A stretch of DNA of 64,000 nucleotides from Selaginella moellendorffii (Eukaryota > Plantae > Lycopodiophyta). Below, one piece after another: positions 37,201-50,343 of the stretch. A program made the position numbers and the translations under genes. Location of the stretch: assembly GCF_000143415.4 (NCBI RefSeq), contig NW_003314316.1, positions 1,138,666 to 1,202,665 on the forward strand, given 5' to 3'. The notes under the pieces were generated by a model. It was not told the origin of the DNA. It searched no databases and saw only the letters and a list, made by a program, of their open reading frames with translations. Numbering within the stretch: position 1 is the first letter of the stretch; every line of letters begins with the position of its first letter.

Positions 37201-38090
37201 AATATCATCAAAGTGCAAATATATTTTAAACTTGTTCACATGGAATATTAAATGAATCTTTGAATTAATTGACATGTCTAAAATGTAAGCAAAATTCCCT
37301 ATATACTGTAAAATTGTTCAAGGCTCACAATACCATAGAAACAACTTAGCACTACCATCTCCTTTTAGAGATTTAGAATGTTCTGCTTCGTATAACTCAA
37401 AGAATATCTTGTCACCAACTTTGCCAACTCAAGCTTGTTTTGCATATCTCTGTGAAAATCATAAGTAAGAGGTACTCAAATGGAAAACAAACTCAAATCT
37501 ATAATAGCCATTGGCTCATATCTATACATTGTTGAGAATGGAGACATACCAATAGTTGCTTGTTGAGCACTATCGTGAACAAATTAAAACAAAGGCAAGT
37601 ATGTTTCCTATACTTCTTTCTAAATCAAAATTCCCATAAAAAACCTTAGTATATCTTCTAATAGCTAATTCATATACTTTTTCTACCTATTTAATTATGA
37701 ATGCTCCCACTATTCATTCTCAACTTAGTTTCTAGCTTCTCAAAAATCATTTGCTAAAGAACTTTGAATTCATAATATCACCTGGCAAACCATAAAGATT
37801 GAATAATTAATTTACAAACACCTAAGCAATTTGAGGGAAGCAATTTAATTGTTATCTTTACTAGGAATAAGTCTTCATCAAATGATTCACAACCCAAATA
37901 ACATCATTCCTCAAAAAGTCTTGGACAAACTAGTGTTAGTTTATTGAAATGTTATCCTATTTATTCTCGACTACACATTTAGGATGATAGAGGCTAGTAA
38001 CCTTTTTGTGGTCAATTTTAACCACTTAGTAGGTCAAATAATCATATACATATATTTTAATAATTGATTTCATCCTAAGCTCAAATAAAT
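31300..38090 (-). mobile_element. AT-rich LINE-like relic split by the family D element
   Basis: Endonuclease-like FLTIGDLNE (ORF 31336-31788); RT-like LFNLFTIVLN region at about 37560-37600. Heavily decayed, and the two flanks may be separate relics. Confidence 0.35.
32472..36654 (+). mobile_element. Decayed Ty3/Gypsy element with both LTRs, family D (176-bp LTRs)
   Basis: LTRs at 32472-32647 and 36479-36654; PBS TGGTGGAAGTGAAGGG; PPT GAGAGGAGGGGATGA. Gag zinc knuckle at 33642; RT FCIDYRPLN and MPFGL; RNase H YTTTEKEYLA; integrase SDNG and AYHPQ. Flanks GCAT/ACAT. Confidence 0.92.
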
Positions 38091-38094
38091 GCCT

Positions 38095-39240
38095 CTAGAT
38101 TGGTTTCAATCCAGATCACTCCATTCTTGTATATAAGTTAGGGTTTTGGGCTAATTGAAATGCACATTTTTGTATTTCATTTCCATATTCTATACATTCA
38201 TATTAGTGGAGATAAGGGGCAATTTTAATTGTCCCTAAAGAGTGTTTTAGATATAGCTTTTGCATTATCTAAATCTCCCTTTCCTTATAGCTTTTTCAAT
38301 TTCTTCTCTTTTGTTTTTTTTCTTTTTTGTTCATTTTTATAGCAACTTCTCTTCCTTTGACTTTAGAGTAGCAATTGGTGCAATTACTTGATGTTATGTG
38401 GTTGCAATTGAATAATCAAACTCAATTGATAGTGTCATTCACGGCACATGGTATAGCTCCTCTTGCATTTGTTGCCAATCCTTGTGTCCGGCCGGAGTTC
38501 TTCTATGAAAATTTTGGGATGATATGTACTATTGGTTTGATCACTTTACGGTAATTGTCACATATCATTCTTGGGATGATACTTGGCATTTGCGTAAGCT
38601 TCTTATGTGTCTCTAGGGGATGGCGCTATAGTGGTACAATGGTTTGAGTGCAGCCACTTGTAAGGATTGGAGCATTCACTCGAATATTTTCAAATGTGAA
38701 TTTGGACATACTAATGATTATGATAATGCCTTCCAACAATTGCATCATCTTCATTAAGATCTATCTGAGTCAGTGATGCAATTTGGCATTTGTTTTCAAG
38801 GCCTTTTGTTTGGTGTGGAGCCAAATATGTCAAAGCTGATCAAGTTGAGAATGTTATGGTTAGCACTTTGTCAAGATCTTATAAGACTTATGTATGCACT
38901 TGCTTTAACCACCTTTAATGATGCTCTTTATTTAGCATAACGTTATAAGACATTGCCTCTTCCACTTCTCGCTACACAAATCTATTTCCTGTGGGAGATG
39001 GCCCTATTCCAATGAAAGTTTATGCTTTGAGTTCAAGGACAAGAGCAAGCACGTAGTCATGGGCATAATGTCCATTGCTGGGCGTGTGATGAAATTAGTT
39101 ACATTTATCAGTGTTATTAGCATTTTTTAGCAATCTCTATTTCCTAGGTGGAGACTTTAGCATCAACAATATCATGTTAATGCTGTTGCAATGGAAAATT
39201 TAGACACTGAGATGCTTTTGGGAAATGAGGAGTCACACGA
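38095..39240 (+). mobile_element. Truncated second copy of family D (partial LTR, PBS, gag)
   Basis: Colinear with about 32541-33805. Confidence 0.88.
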
Positions 39241-39479
39241 GTAATAAAGGGTCCTTGCATAAATAAATTAGTAACCCCTCTATCTTTCTTTTAAAAATAT
39301 CATTAAAGGGTTCATTCGGCAATAATTCATCTAGTGTTTACTTTTCAAGCTCATTTTTATAATAAAAGGTCTCTTATTATTTTCTTTGTGTTGGTTGATA
39401 TATGCTTAAGTTTATTTTCTATTCTCGTTCTAGATTTTGTGAATACTTTTTTTCAGACTACCTTCTGCTCATCAGATTA

Positions 39480-39607
39480 TGAGGGAAATGTTGTATATCT
39501 ATTACCTTATTTGGTATAAACAGTAACAATTTTATGCATAGGGACTAATGTTGTATATTTATTACCTTATTTGGTATAAAAATTGACAATTTTATGTATA
39601 AAGACTA
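39480..39607. repeat. About 61-bp tandem duplication
   Basis: AATGTTGTATAT[C/T]TATTACCTTATTTGGTATAAA...ACAATTTTATG present twice. Confidence 0.85.
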
Positions 39608-39679
39608 TACCCTTTAAAGCTTTATAGGTAAGATCAATTGTTGGTCTACACTTATATATTTTGAGGTCTATTAGCATTA

Positions 39680-40450
39680 CTACTATGGCAAGCCTAGTTA
39701 TTATACCTCATTCATGAAGTGAGTGGTACAATATTTTGGTTTGCAATGTATTCCCTTTGTAAATTAGCTTATAAATCACTCTTAGAAGCAAGCACTTAGT
39801 TTCTAAATTAATTTTGAAATAAGGATAGCTTTCATCTATAGCCCAAATGTCTAAGACATTTCTTACATGAAAGTCCCAGAAATTTCTCCAACAACAAATG
39901 TTGTTTTTCACAATGTATATATTTTGCTCAGGTGTTGTTCACTTTCAAAGAATTTTACTCAAAATTTTATTTCCTATTAATCTAGATTCAAGATTAATCT
40001 AATGTCTATTAGCCTAATTATCAACAAGTGTATTTTTACCTATAGGTATCCAAAATTTTATAAATCCTTTGTAAGTTATAATACTTAGGATTTATATCTA
40101 TCTTAAACTATCTTTTTGTCTAGGAAGAATCATGATACTTTTTTTTTTTTATAAGTAACTCCATAGATATAAGTTTCATTTACACAGTGTATCTCTAAAG
40201 CAATTTAGGTGTATTATCACAACTTCTTTGACAATAGTAAAGGTACCATGAGTCAAACTTTTATATACCTTGAGCAAAATATTGTTAAATATTTCACTCG
40301 ATAATTTGTTAAACTATTTAAGCAATTTTGTTAAATCTATCATTCACTAATTTAGTTAGGCATACAAGATAGTTTAGTTTTTGTTTTCTTATACTTTTGC
40401 CTAATCACATAAAGTGGGAATCAACTAATTTCTATCTGAGTTTATAAGAA
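39680..40450 (-). mobile_element. Ty1/Copia RT-RNase H relic
   Basis: Minus-strand remnants resembling CKL.KS.YGL (about 40160-40190) and ISYF...KQT...S..E.E (about 39700-39830). Confidence 0.5.
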
Positions 40451-41512
40451 AATGTATCTTTTGATAAGTGTGGTGGATTGCTAGTAAACATTTTTATTTT
40501 GTTTACCCCAATTCCCCTATTCAACTTCTATCAATATTGTGGAGGGTTGTCAATCCTCAATCTCTCCACCTAAGTGCACAAAAGGACTTTTCCTTTTTAC
40601 TCATATTTAATGTGATTAAGATTAATTCAGTGTAAAGTGTTTAGTGTGTGATAGCCAATTCCAGAGTAACTTGCTTACTTTACAGTGGGTTTTACCCTCT
40701 AGCTTACAGCCAACCTTGCCCTTACAACTATAAAATTAAAAAGAGTGGTTTTATTGCTCTCGGCAAATTTTAGACAAACCTCTTTTAAATGAATTAACAC
40801 TAAAGACTAATTTGAATGGGGTGTGGAGACCATTCCATAAAATTTCCCTATGGAATCAATATAAAAGTCAAATTATCTAACACATAATAGTCCTTTTTAG
40901 ATCAATTTTCTTATGGAATAATGTTAGGTAGCTATTAAGGTTAATTCAATGTAAGGTGTTTGGTGTGTGACATACATCAGACACCTTACAGAATTAAATT
41001 ATGGAAGATTTTACTTCAAATCTAGACAAATTAGCTTTAGTTCTTTTTAATTTAGAGTCGAAAACAAAAGTTATAGTGCCCAATTTTCCTTGTGTATGCC
41101 TAGAAAAATTGTGACACGCTATTAAAAAATGTGTCCTCTAAATGCTTAAAAGGAAAGAATTCTAAAGTAATTAACCTTGTTTTCTATATTAAACAAACTC
41201 CATTCTTTCTTCTTTTGGATTTTTCTCAACAAATTGGTAGCTAAATAATTTGAACTTGAGTTTCTTGGCAATGGCCACCATATGGTCATCAAAACATTTG
41301 AGTTGTAATGCATAAAAAGAAAAGTGCAATGAGCAGGGAGGTACTAGAGCTGTAGCTATAACTCTCTTTGAAAGGTCCAAAAATTTCTCATGATGGTCAA
41401 TTCCACCAGCTATTAAAAGCTGTCTGCTTGAGCAGTTTCCAGAAAGTGCAAAGCTAAAGCTCAATCCGACCTTATGCTGGAGCTTTTGCATTGACGCCAG
41501 TGTTTTGTGTCA

Positions 41513-41760
41513 CAGATCACGGGACTGATACTCTTTCCGAGTGGACCTTCGGAGAGATTATAATCCACACGTCTCAACCAAAGCTCACGAGGAACTGGAC
41601 ACCGTTGTTTGGACGCTCCCATATGGTGGACGAGTCCTGTCTCCAAGTATTTCAACTCCACCCCTTGCTCCACTCTACACACGACCATCCAATGCTCTTC
41701 GTCCCGAATCAAATGGAAGTCCTGGCCTTACCTCCGGGCAATCTCTCGGCACACCACTTT
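41513..41760 (+). pseudogene. Cytochrome P450 fragment (I-helix to K-helix)
   Basis: GTDT..EWTF, ELDTVVGRSHMVDE, FQLHP; paralogous to 42911-43150. Confidence 0.75.
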
Positions 41761-41965
41761 TCCGCTGCCGACTTATCACTGATATCAAAGTAACATCATC
41801 AGTAGCGAGCTTTTAGCATGATGAAATGCATGAATCTTGTATATCTTTGCTATAATATTTCAATATTTCGTGACACCTACCTTGGAAGCTGTGCAAATGC
41901 CATGCTCTAACTGCGATATGGAAGTTAATGTTTGTCTTGCATGTTTGCCAGAATGCCTTTCCAAA

Positions 41966-43305
41966 ATGCGATCAGATCCTTTCGAAGTCCCAACTATAGT
42001 TGCCACCGTGGGACCGCCCTCCAAATTCCCTTCTTTGCTCCCATTTGATGGAGCTTGTCACCGCTTTTCTCATGATCTTGCTCCCAGTACTTCGAGGCCT
42101 TTAAGCAGTCACGGTTACCACCATCCCCATCTTTCGGACTGCCACTAATTGGCCACCTCCATCTCCTGGGAAGACTGCCTCGCCAATCCTTCCAAGCACT
42201 GGCCAAGAAGCACGGCTCCATTTTCTACCTGCGACTTGGGATTATCCCCACTGCTAATCTGGCAAAAGTGGCACTCAAGAATCAGGACTTGACCTTTGCT
42301 TCCAGGGCTTACTTTCTTGTTGGAGAGGACGTTGGCTACCACTTCATGGGGATGGCACTTGCAGCTTACGGTGACCACTGGAAGAAGTTGAGGAGACTCT
42401 ACACTTTGGAGCTCTTCACCACTAAAAGGATTGATTCCTTCCTCTTGCTGCGCTTGGAGGAGCTCTCTCACATGCTGTGAGCGCTGTTAAAAGCACACGA
42501 CAGGAATCAGGCAGTAAACATGAGGAACGTTTTCACATGTTTTACCTTCAACATCATCACCCGGATTTTGATGAACAAGAGGTACTTCCAGCGGAGTTGC
42601 AAGGCATTGATTCAAGGGAAGCTAGAGTTTTTAAGGCAGTGTTGAGCAAACTTTCGGAGATCACCTTATAGTTTCACACCAGCGAGTTTGTTCCAGCCTA
42701 CCTCAGGTGGATGAACTAGAGCGTTTATCAAAGATGAACATAAGTATGAGAAGCACAAATCCTCCAAGAAAGACTTCATAGACCTCATGCTGGAGCTTTT
42801 GGATGGGGTTCCCAAAGGAGAAGACATGGTGAAAGCTGCAATAACAGTAAGCCATGCCAAAGGCAAAATTTTGTTCTCAAAACCAAGAACTTACTGAAAC
42901 TTACTTGCAGGAGCTCGTGTCAGCCGGAACAGAGACATCAGCGACTACTCTCGAGTGGACCTTCGCAGAAATCCTCCACCATGCTCCACACGTCTTGACC
43001 AAAACTCAAGTGGAGCTTGACACAGTTGTTGGATGCTCCCGGCTAGTGGACAAGGCCGTTCTTCCACGCTTGCCTTATCTCCAAGCCATTATCAAGGAGG
43101 CCTTTCAACTCCATCCCCCTGTTCCACTGCTTGTGCCTCACATGTCGATCTAGCTGGCTACCACGTTTCAAAAGGAGCCACCATCATCATCAACGTCTAT
43201 GCCATCTGACAAGATCCAGCACTGTGGGTAGAGTTCCATCCGGAGAAGTTCCTTAGCAATTCCATAGATGTCAAAGGTTAGGATTTTGAGTTGATTTTAA
43301 TTGGG
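41966..43305 (+). pseudogene. CYP71-clan (A-type) cytochrome P450 pseudogene lacking the heme-binding end
   Basis: LPLIGHLHLLG, YGDHWKKLRR, AGTETSATTLEW, IIKEAFQLHPP, EFHPEKF, DVKG*DFEL. Intron 42847-42910; several stops and frameshifts. Confidence 0.92.
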
Positions 43306-44209
43306 CTTTGGATGTAGTAGAAAAGGAAAAATTATTTAATGAGAGAGTCTTTAATAATTATTTTATCTCTATTTATCCTCTAAGATTTGAAGGACCCATA
43401 ATAATAATATTCACATACACTATATGTACTCTTGTTTCTTTGTCTTTTTACATTTCATTTTGGCTAGGCTTATTATGGCTATTCTTGGCATCACCTATGT
43501 TGAAAGTAAGCCATCGGAGGGTGGTCCATTCAATGTTTGATTTGCTAACTAGCATAGGATCCTTGTTGATTGTTAGCTAAAGTGCTCAATTCTTTTGGTA
43601 TTATGATCTTACATAGTAAAAGAAAAAAAAACTTATTTAAATTAACATCAGTAATAAAAAGAGCCAGGCACAGTACAGCCTTAATCCCCTAGTTGATATA
43701 GTTTTGTGTTATAGAGTTTTCAAATGCCAATGGAAATACTTGAGCTTTGAAAGTATTTCCTGAACTTGCTGCATGGACAAAATGTATGTTTGATGTCTGA
43801 TCAGTTTTTAGGTATAAGTTTTACAGTCGAACTTTGTTAAGCACAAATCAGAGATAACCTCACACATAGTTGTTAGGATCCCACAAATGAAGCTACTTGT
43901 GTGGACTGGAAGATACATGCTCACCACACGATTGGGACACCATTTTTAAATATGTTGTTTAACAAAGCCTAAGTACTTAAGTTTTAACAAAAAAGGAAAA
44001 ACAAAGCTCTACTCAGCAATCTGCAACTAGTAATGGCTTTCATCAGTGTGCTGCCCCACTTCGTCTCCAAGTCAGAGCAGTCCTTTTCTTGTTTTGGCCA
44101 AGCTTCTTCTCATCTCACTTCATAAAGGCTTGTCTACGAATTACATTCCAAGTCTCAATCCTGGTGATATGGAGCTTGATAGCTTGATTAATTAACTCAA
44201 GTATGGCAC

Positions 44210-44420
44210 AGGGGGTTAACACCTTAACCAGAAGTCTAGGAGAAGCCACTGCTTCAAGCGCGTCTATGGCACCAGCACCTTCTTCTAATGCATTCTGCCT
44301 GCTAGCTCTCCAGTTGAAGCAGTGCATCAAGTTTGCCAGAGTCAGCTGAATATTATTCAAGCTCGACAAATGCAAGATATGTCGGAATGCTCCTTTCTTC
44401 CTTTCTCCAAAAAGGGGCAA
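44210..44420 (-). pseudogene. Cytochrome P450 C-terminal fragment (degenerate heme loop onward), inverted
   Basis: PLFGERKKG...IQLTLANLMHCFNW...LEAVASPRL. Confidence 0.7.
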
Positions 44421-44749
44421 TACAAAAGTGTTACCCTGGTCTCTCTCTCTCTCCTTTTATTCTTGTACGTTATTATTATTTCATATGTCCTCAGGATCTC
44501 TCCATATTAGTTGGTGACTCTACTAGGGAAAACATGTCCCATGTGCGCCATTGTATACTAGATGGTCAAGAGAAGAGGAAAGCACCAAATAACATAATTC
44601 TATGTTCAAAAAATCCAGTTTTTTGTTGATGACCCAAGTAATCTCTTAAAGTTCCAAGTTCTAAAGCAGCATAAGGCCATAAAAGCATACATATACAAAA
44701 GTTTGAAAGTAAACAATACAACTCACTCCCCTAGGCTGGTGCTCATAGT

Positions 44750-46720
44750 TATCACCCTAGAGGCATAAATACTTTATGTAATTTATCGATTATGTTAGTG
44801 TTATTTATGAGGATATTAACAAGGAGGAAGAGACTCTTGTTGATGTTTGTCAAGAGGCAAGGATGCCAACTCACTGAGGTTTAGAGTACACTAATAGGTG
44901 AAGATTTTTCATCAAGGATTTCTTAATTCACATAACCTTTAATATATAAATCAATTTTGTGTTGATGATTAGCATTGGTATGTCAAGCATGTAAGGACTA
45001 TGGTATCATAGAATAGAAGTCATCATCATATATTTAAGTTTAATATAGTTGGTTATGGAAGTTATTGATCTCAGGATCAAGTGAAAATTATGGGCCATAC
45101 TTTTTCGTGATAGAAGAACTACTTCTTTCAATAATTTGATCACACTTTATTTATCAAAAAATTTGAAGAGGTCAATCATAAACTGACTACTAGAGATTAG
45201 ATATAGGACTTTATCTTTGGATGCGTATGTCCACAAGTTCCATTATCTTTACCTTAGTCTTATAAGACAATGTTTTATTAAAGATTTAAGTTTGTTTTAT
45301 CAAAGATTTGAGCTTAATGAATATGTAATTAATGCTATCACTAATGCTTAGGTTTTTTTGCTAAAACCACTATCAACTCTAAAGAATGAAGCTAAGAAGC
45401 TTCATTCAAACAAAGAAAAGCATAAAACAAAGGCCAAAAGGCCAAACATCATAGCAAGAATTATCTTCTTGTGAAAGGGTCAAAGAATGTTAAAGTGAAT
45501 GTGGTGGAATTTATCATAGCTTAGAAGTCAGCTCTTCTATGTCCCATGACAAAACTTAAAAAACTTAAGTCTTAAATTTGAATCATCTTTATGAAGCTTA
45601 ATATGTTATGAAGGCCAAGAGGGACATTCAAAGTAATAAAGTTAACATTTATTTTTATCCAAATGCCACATATAGTTTCTTGAGTTCCAAGGTGTTAAAG
45701 AAACTTAGATTTCCTATAAAAAAAGATCTTGGTGATTTACATGGCAAATAAACATAATACTCATATTTATAATGAATGAGCTTTGAGTATTCCTTTGACA
45801 GTTTAAGCATTTTTCAACCATCCTTTGTTATAAGTTATAGATTTTAGTTACATAGATATCATTTTTGGGAGATAATAGTTTTATGATGGAAAGCTAGGGA
45901 TTTATTTGGAGCATAATATTTTGTATATTAAAGTTTGTAGCACTATAAAGAAGATTATCAAAACAAATAGTGGTGAAACTCTTTTTATTAATGTTTTGGA
46001 GTTGGTGAAGTGCACACATAAAATAGTTAGTTCTTTCATAGTGCATCTATTTCTTTCTAATATAATCATGTTTCATTTGGAGTATATTCATGAATATGAG
46101 GATCAAATGAATTATAATTAGAAGGAGTTCCATAACATATTTCCAGGCGAGTTGCTTGATGGTTTACCCTCAAAACATGATATTCAATATGAGATTGATT
46201 TAGTTTTTGGAGGTACTCTTTATTATTAACAATTGACTCATACTAGTCCCACTAAAAAGGAGGAGATCAATAGGCAAATTGTTGAGTATCTTCAGAAGAA
46301 GTGGTTGCAAATAAACAAGTCTTCTTGAGTTACTCCAATGGTAATGGTAAAAAAGAAAGATGGTACATGGCATTTCTATGTGAATTACAAGAGATTAAAT
46401 GATAAGATAGTGAAGAATATATTATTTTATATCAAAGATTTATTCAATTGTATTTGTGGTGCTTGATATTTTCTAAAGATTGATTTAAGACAAGGGTATC
46501 ATTAGATATATGTTAAGCTGGAGGATGTTCTACAGACAACATCTTAGATGAGGATGAATCACTACAAGTTTTTGGTAATACCATTTAGTTTAATAAATGT
46601 TTCTACAATATTTCAAAGGTTGATGAGATAAATTTTACAATCTTACTTAAGACAATGAGTTAAAGAGTTGTATGTTGTAACCATTGTTGTAAAGGAATAG
46701 TAATATTATTTGTATAGATC
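44750..46720 (+). mobile_element. Highly decayed Ty3/Gypsy gag-PR-RT relic
   Basis: FPGELLDGLP, MVKKKDGTWHF.VNYKRLN, KIDLRQGYH, FLVIPFSLIN at 46140-46630; upstream boundary approximate. Confidence 0.75.
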
Positions 46721-46844
46721 TAATGAAGAAATAAATGTTTTATCTCATATATCTTCCCAGATAGGGCAAAAGAAGAAAGCTTAGGTGAAATGAAGTTACA
46801 TCTAAGATTAAGCATCAAAAGAAAAAAGACCCAACCTAAGAAAC

Positions 46845-47741
46845 TGTACCGCACATGAATTTGGAGCCAAACTCTAAACCCGTTACGCTATGAAACAAGG
46901 GTCCGGTACAATCCTACAAACACCAGCTTTCTGTATCCAACACCTGCACGTAAAATGGTGTTAGATAATGTCTGGCACAATTTTAGTATACCAGTGGCCT
47001 AACGCAAGGAGGAGGGTACCCCACCAACTAGAGAAGTGTGGAGTTTGGGCTTAGACTTAAGCTAAACGCAAAACAAGTAGCGACACAGCCTAGCGGGAGC
47101 TAAATTAATGTCTTAAGTGGTTAGACATGCATTCCAACCATTATCCCTACTATACATTTGAAACCCCCTCCCCCCCTTAAGGAACACACGCTTTAGGCTT
47201 TCACCTCAAGCCTCTTTTAGTACCAGGACTTAGGACAATCTCAAAACTTAATATGAAATATCCTTAGATTGTGAATTTGGACATGGGATGAACACCATTG
47301 TGTTCAAGATAAACTCAACATTTCGTAGATATACCAAATGAGCAAATCTAGACACTTTTCATAAATAACATTTAGGACTGAAATGAGACTAACACAAGGG
47401 CATTATAGCGAGGGTGTTTAGCAAGCACAGTAAGTTATCATGTAGCGATATTGAGAGACTAGACTTAATACACAAGGGTTCTTGCCAAGCTAATGCAAGA
47501 CAGAGCAAAAGAAAACTAAGAGTCAGGCCCAGAATGCTTAGTTAGAAACATATAAGAGTTCCTACCTTACATTCATTTAGCTAAGTACAGGTGCTAAGCC
47601 TAGTTAATTAACACTTGGATAAGAGGGGCTACTATAGGAAACCAATAGTACTAACTTCCTGTTGTCATGGCAGTAAGGAAAAAGTATCTGTAAAGACTGT
47701 TCGAAAAGTATCTTTTGATACCCAAAGTCACATTCACAAGA
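46845..47741 (+). mobile_element. Solo LTR family A (about 897 bp)
   Basis: Homologous to 9927-10587 plus 12143-12397; perfect 5-bp TSD GAAAC on both sides. Confidence 0.9.
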
Positions 47742-49540
47742 GAAACACTCATTATATACAAGCATGAAATAATTATGAACGGTTATAAAATCATGTAGTA
47801 TATAAATAACACTTAAATGTGTTGTAAAACAACCCCATTCATTATTATATGCATTTGTATTGAATTAACCATTTTTTCTTCCACCTATAAACATTAGTGT
47901 AAAGTAGAGTTAAGAAAGTGATATATGCTTATCCTTACTCATGCTTTCCACCACGGAGCTACTACTCATAGTAAGCTCCCGAGCAGGATAACTTATGTTT
48001 GTATTCTTGATGCGTGTATTTTTGGCAGTTGGGGTTCTAGATTAAATTCTCTTCTATTCTCTTTTTATTCTTCTTTTTTTCTCTACATTCTTGTCTCTAT
48101 TTGTTTGTCACTATTTTGCAAGCAGGGGCAAGAACGTGAGTATAGGTAAAAAAACCTTACTCATTTTTGGTAACCATAGGGAGATAAGCTATCACTCTTT
48201 GGCTTGAAAAATAATTGGGAGAAAATTGCTTGTAAGTTCCAAATATGCCTAGCACTAAGAATCACAAATAGAACTCTTTAATGATTGCAAAGACCTTAAG
48301 CTTAGATAACATTGAATAAATGAGCTCTTTTTGCAATTGCAATGGCTTAGTGCTCAGACAACGCAAAAAAAATAGTTTTTCAACCATCACCTATATGGGA
48401 TGAGTTTGAAATTAGAATTCAACATAATTGATCAGTAATGTGACTTTTCTTACAAATTTGTGCCTTTGGTTTGATAATGGTTATAATAGAAATACAAACC
48501 AAATAACAAAAGTAGCTCTAAAACTGATAACAAATTAAGCTATAAACTACAAACGAAATTGTGAAATATCATTCATGCCTATCATACATTTTTTGGTGAC
48601 TAAGCAGATATGCCAGGGTCGTTAGATGTCCTTGACATGAAGAGAACCCGTTCTATAAATTTTGGAAGTTGAATTTGGGTATATATGCTGATTCGAATCT
48701 TTTGGTCTTTTTCCCATCCATAATTTTAAATCCAGGTCAGACTTATGCGTCAATTGAGCCTTGCTTATATACCTACATCAGTCATCGTTCTCCTAGCTAT
48801 GACATCCCGGAAGATAGTTCCACTTATGAGGTAAGTACAGGAGTGGGGTAGAGATAACTCCCTAATGCTGGCTCCACACTGCTTTCTATCATCTTGTAAG
48901 TTCTTATGGAGATCAAGGAGGTGGATGATTTTGGGCAGCGGCAGGGGGATTTGAGAGTTGTGCCTAGATAAAAAATTTCAGTATTACTTCCAGCCGGCAA
49001 CAATTCCATTTGCAAGGTATTTCAACTTAATTTGATAGCGGTGCGGTCTTGGTTTTATAAGTATTAGTGCTGCCACTTGCTCTCCTGGATGTCTGGGTGC
49101 GACCCTCCAAGTAAATCCATAACGTACAATGAGAAGATATCAGCTGAGATCCTGGCGTTTGCTACTCAAGTTGGAAATTCCATTCGCTCCTACGAATTTT
49201 CTCTTCAACTTCATGATCACAAGCCCAACAATTGACAACACTTGGACAGAAACAGAAATCATCACCTTTGATGGCAAGGTTCAGACATTCTCAAGGTTGA
49301 TTCCATTTTCCCATATTGTAAACTAACTCCAGAGCGTCACGCCTTTTTAGAGCACAAACCATGTCAGTTTTATTGTTAATAACAAAGCTTACCATACAGT
49401 CAATGTATATTGACGATTGGGACACCAACTTTCCACATGGAAGTGTCAATGTAGCTTAGCAAAGCATAAGGACCTGGCTATGCTTTATAATCCCTTAAAT
49501 GGTTAACAAAGAGAGAAAAAAAGAAAGAGGATCAAGAAAG

Positions 49541-50068
49541 ATGAAGCTATTCATGTGGGTGATGATAGTAGCCATAGCATTTCTCCTAGTTCATAGTTCT
49601 AGTCCCCCGAAGAGGCCACCTTCAATGCTTTTCTACTTCCACAGCACTGTCCTCAACGAAACCCATCCAGATGCGAACACCGCCCAGGTAGTCGCGGCCC
49701 CGCGTTCCAATCTCACTGTCCTGGGCTATGGAACCATGGTTGTTTTCGACGATCCGCTCACTATGGATTACTCCCCTGACTCCACACCTGTTGGAAGAGC
49801 ACAAGGATTTTACGTCTACGACCAACTGACAAAAGAGTCGGTCAGTGCAATTTTTGTTTTCACAGCGCTCTTCAACCAGGAGGATGGCTTCAACGGGACT
49901 CTAAACTTCGTGGGCGCTGATCCTGTGTTGTCGCCGTACAGGGACATATCTGTTGTGGGTGGTACGGGTGACTCTGAGCTGGCCAGAGGAATCGCGAGGC
50001 TTTCGACTCAATCCATTTCTGGCGTTACCTTTGTTCTCAAAGTCGTGGTCACCTTGTTCTACTTTTGA
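49541..50068 (+). CDS. Dirigent protein (intronless, signal peptide)
   Basis: LFYFH, YGTMVVFDDPLT, VGRAQGFY, RDISVVGGTGD..LARG. Confidence 0.93.
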   Translation: MKLFMWVMIVAIAFLLVHSSSPPKRPPSMLFYFHSTVLNETHPDANTAQVVAAPRSNLTVLGYGTMVVFDDPLTMDYSPDSTPVGRAQGFYVYDQLTKESVSAIFVFTALFNQEDGFNGTLNFVGADPVLSPYRDISVVGGTGDSELARGIARLSTQSISGVTFVLKVVVTLFYF

Positions 50069-50343
50069 CATATAATAATATTATTGTCACTCGATCAGCC
50101 AACTACTAAATTTGATATCATTATATTACTATTATTAAATAATTATTATCAACGTTTTTATATTATTATTATTATTGTTATTATTCCTCCTCCGCATATC
50201 TCAAATAATTTGTGAATTTGAAACTATCTTTTCCCAAAGAAATAAAGCTTGATTATTCAAAGTCAAAGATTCGAGATTCTCTTTTTGACCGTTTGACCCG
50301 AATATCTTGGGTATCTGGAGTTAGGGTTTTTCTGTGTGGATCC

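Noticed and set aside
41189-41491. 100-aa minus-strand ORF
   Set aside because: No recognisable motifs or gene structure.
41966-43305. Assignment to CYP703 (sporopollenin hydroxylase)
   Set aside because: Only clan-level motifs match; family cannot be assigned by eye.
48730-49020. Exon-like fragments with splice signals
   Set aside because: Too short and interrupted by a stop; no product assignable.
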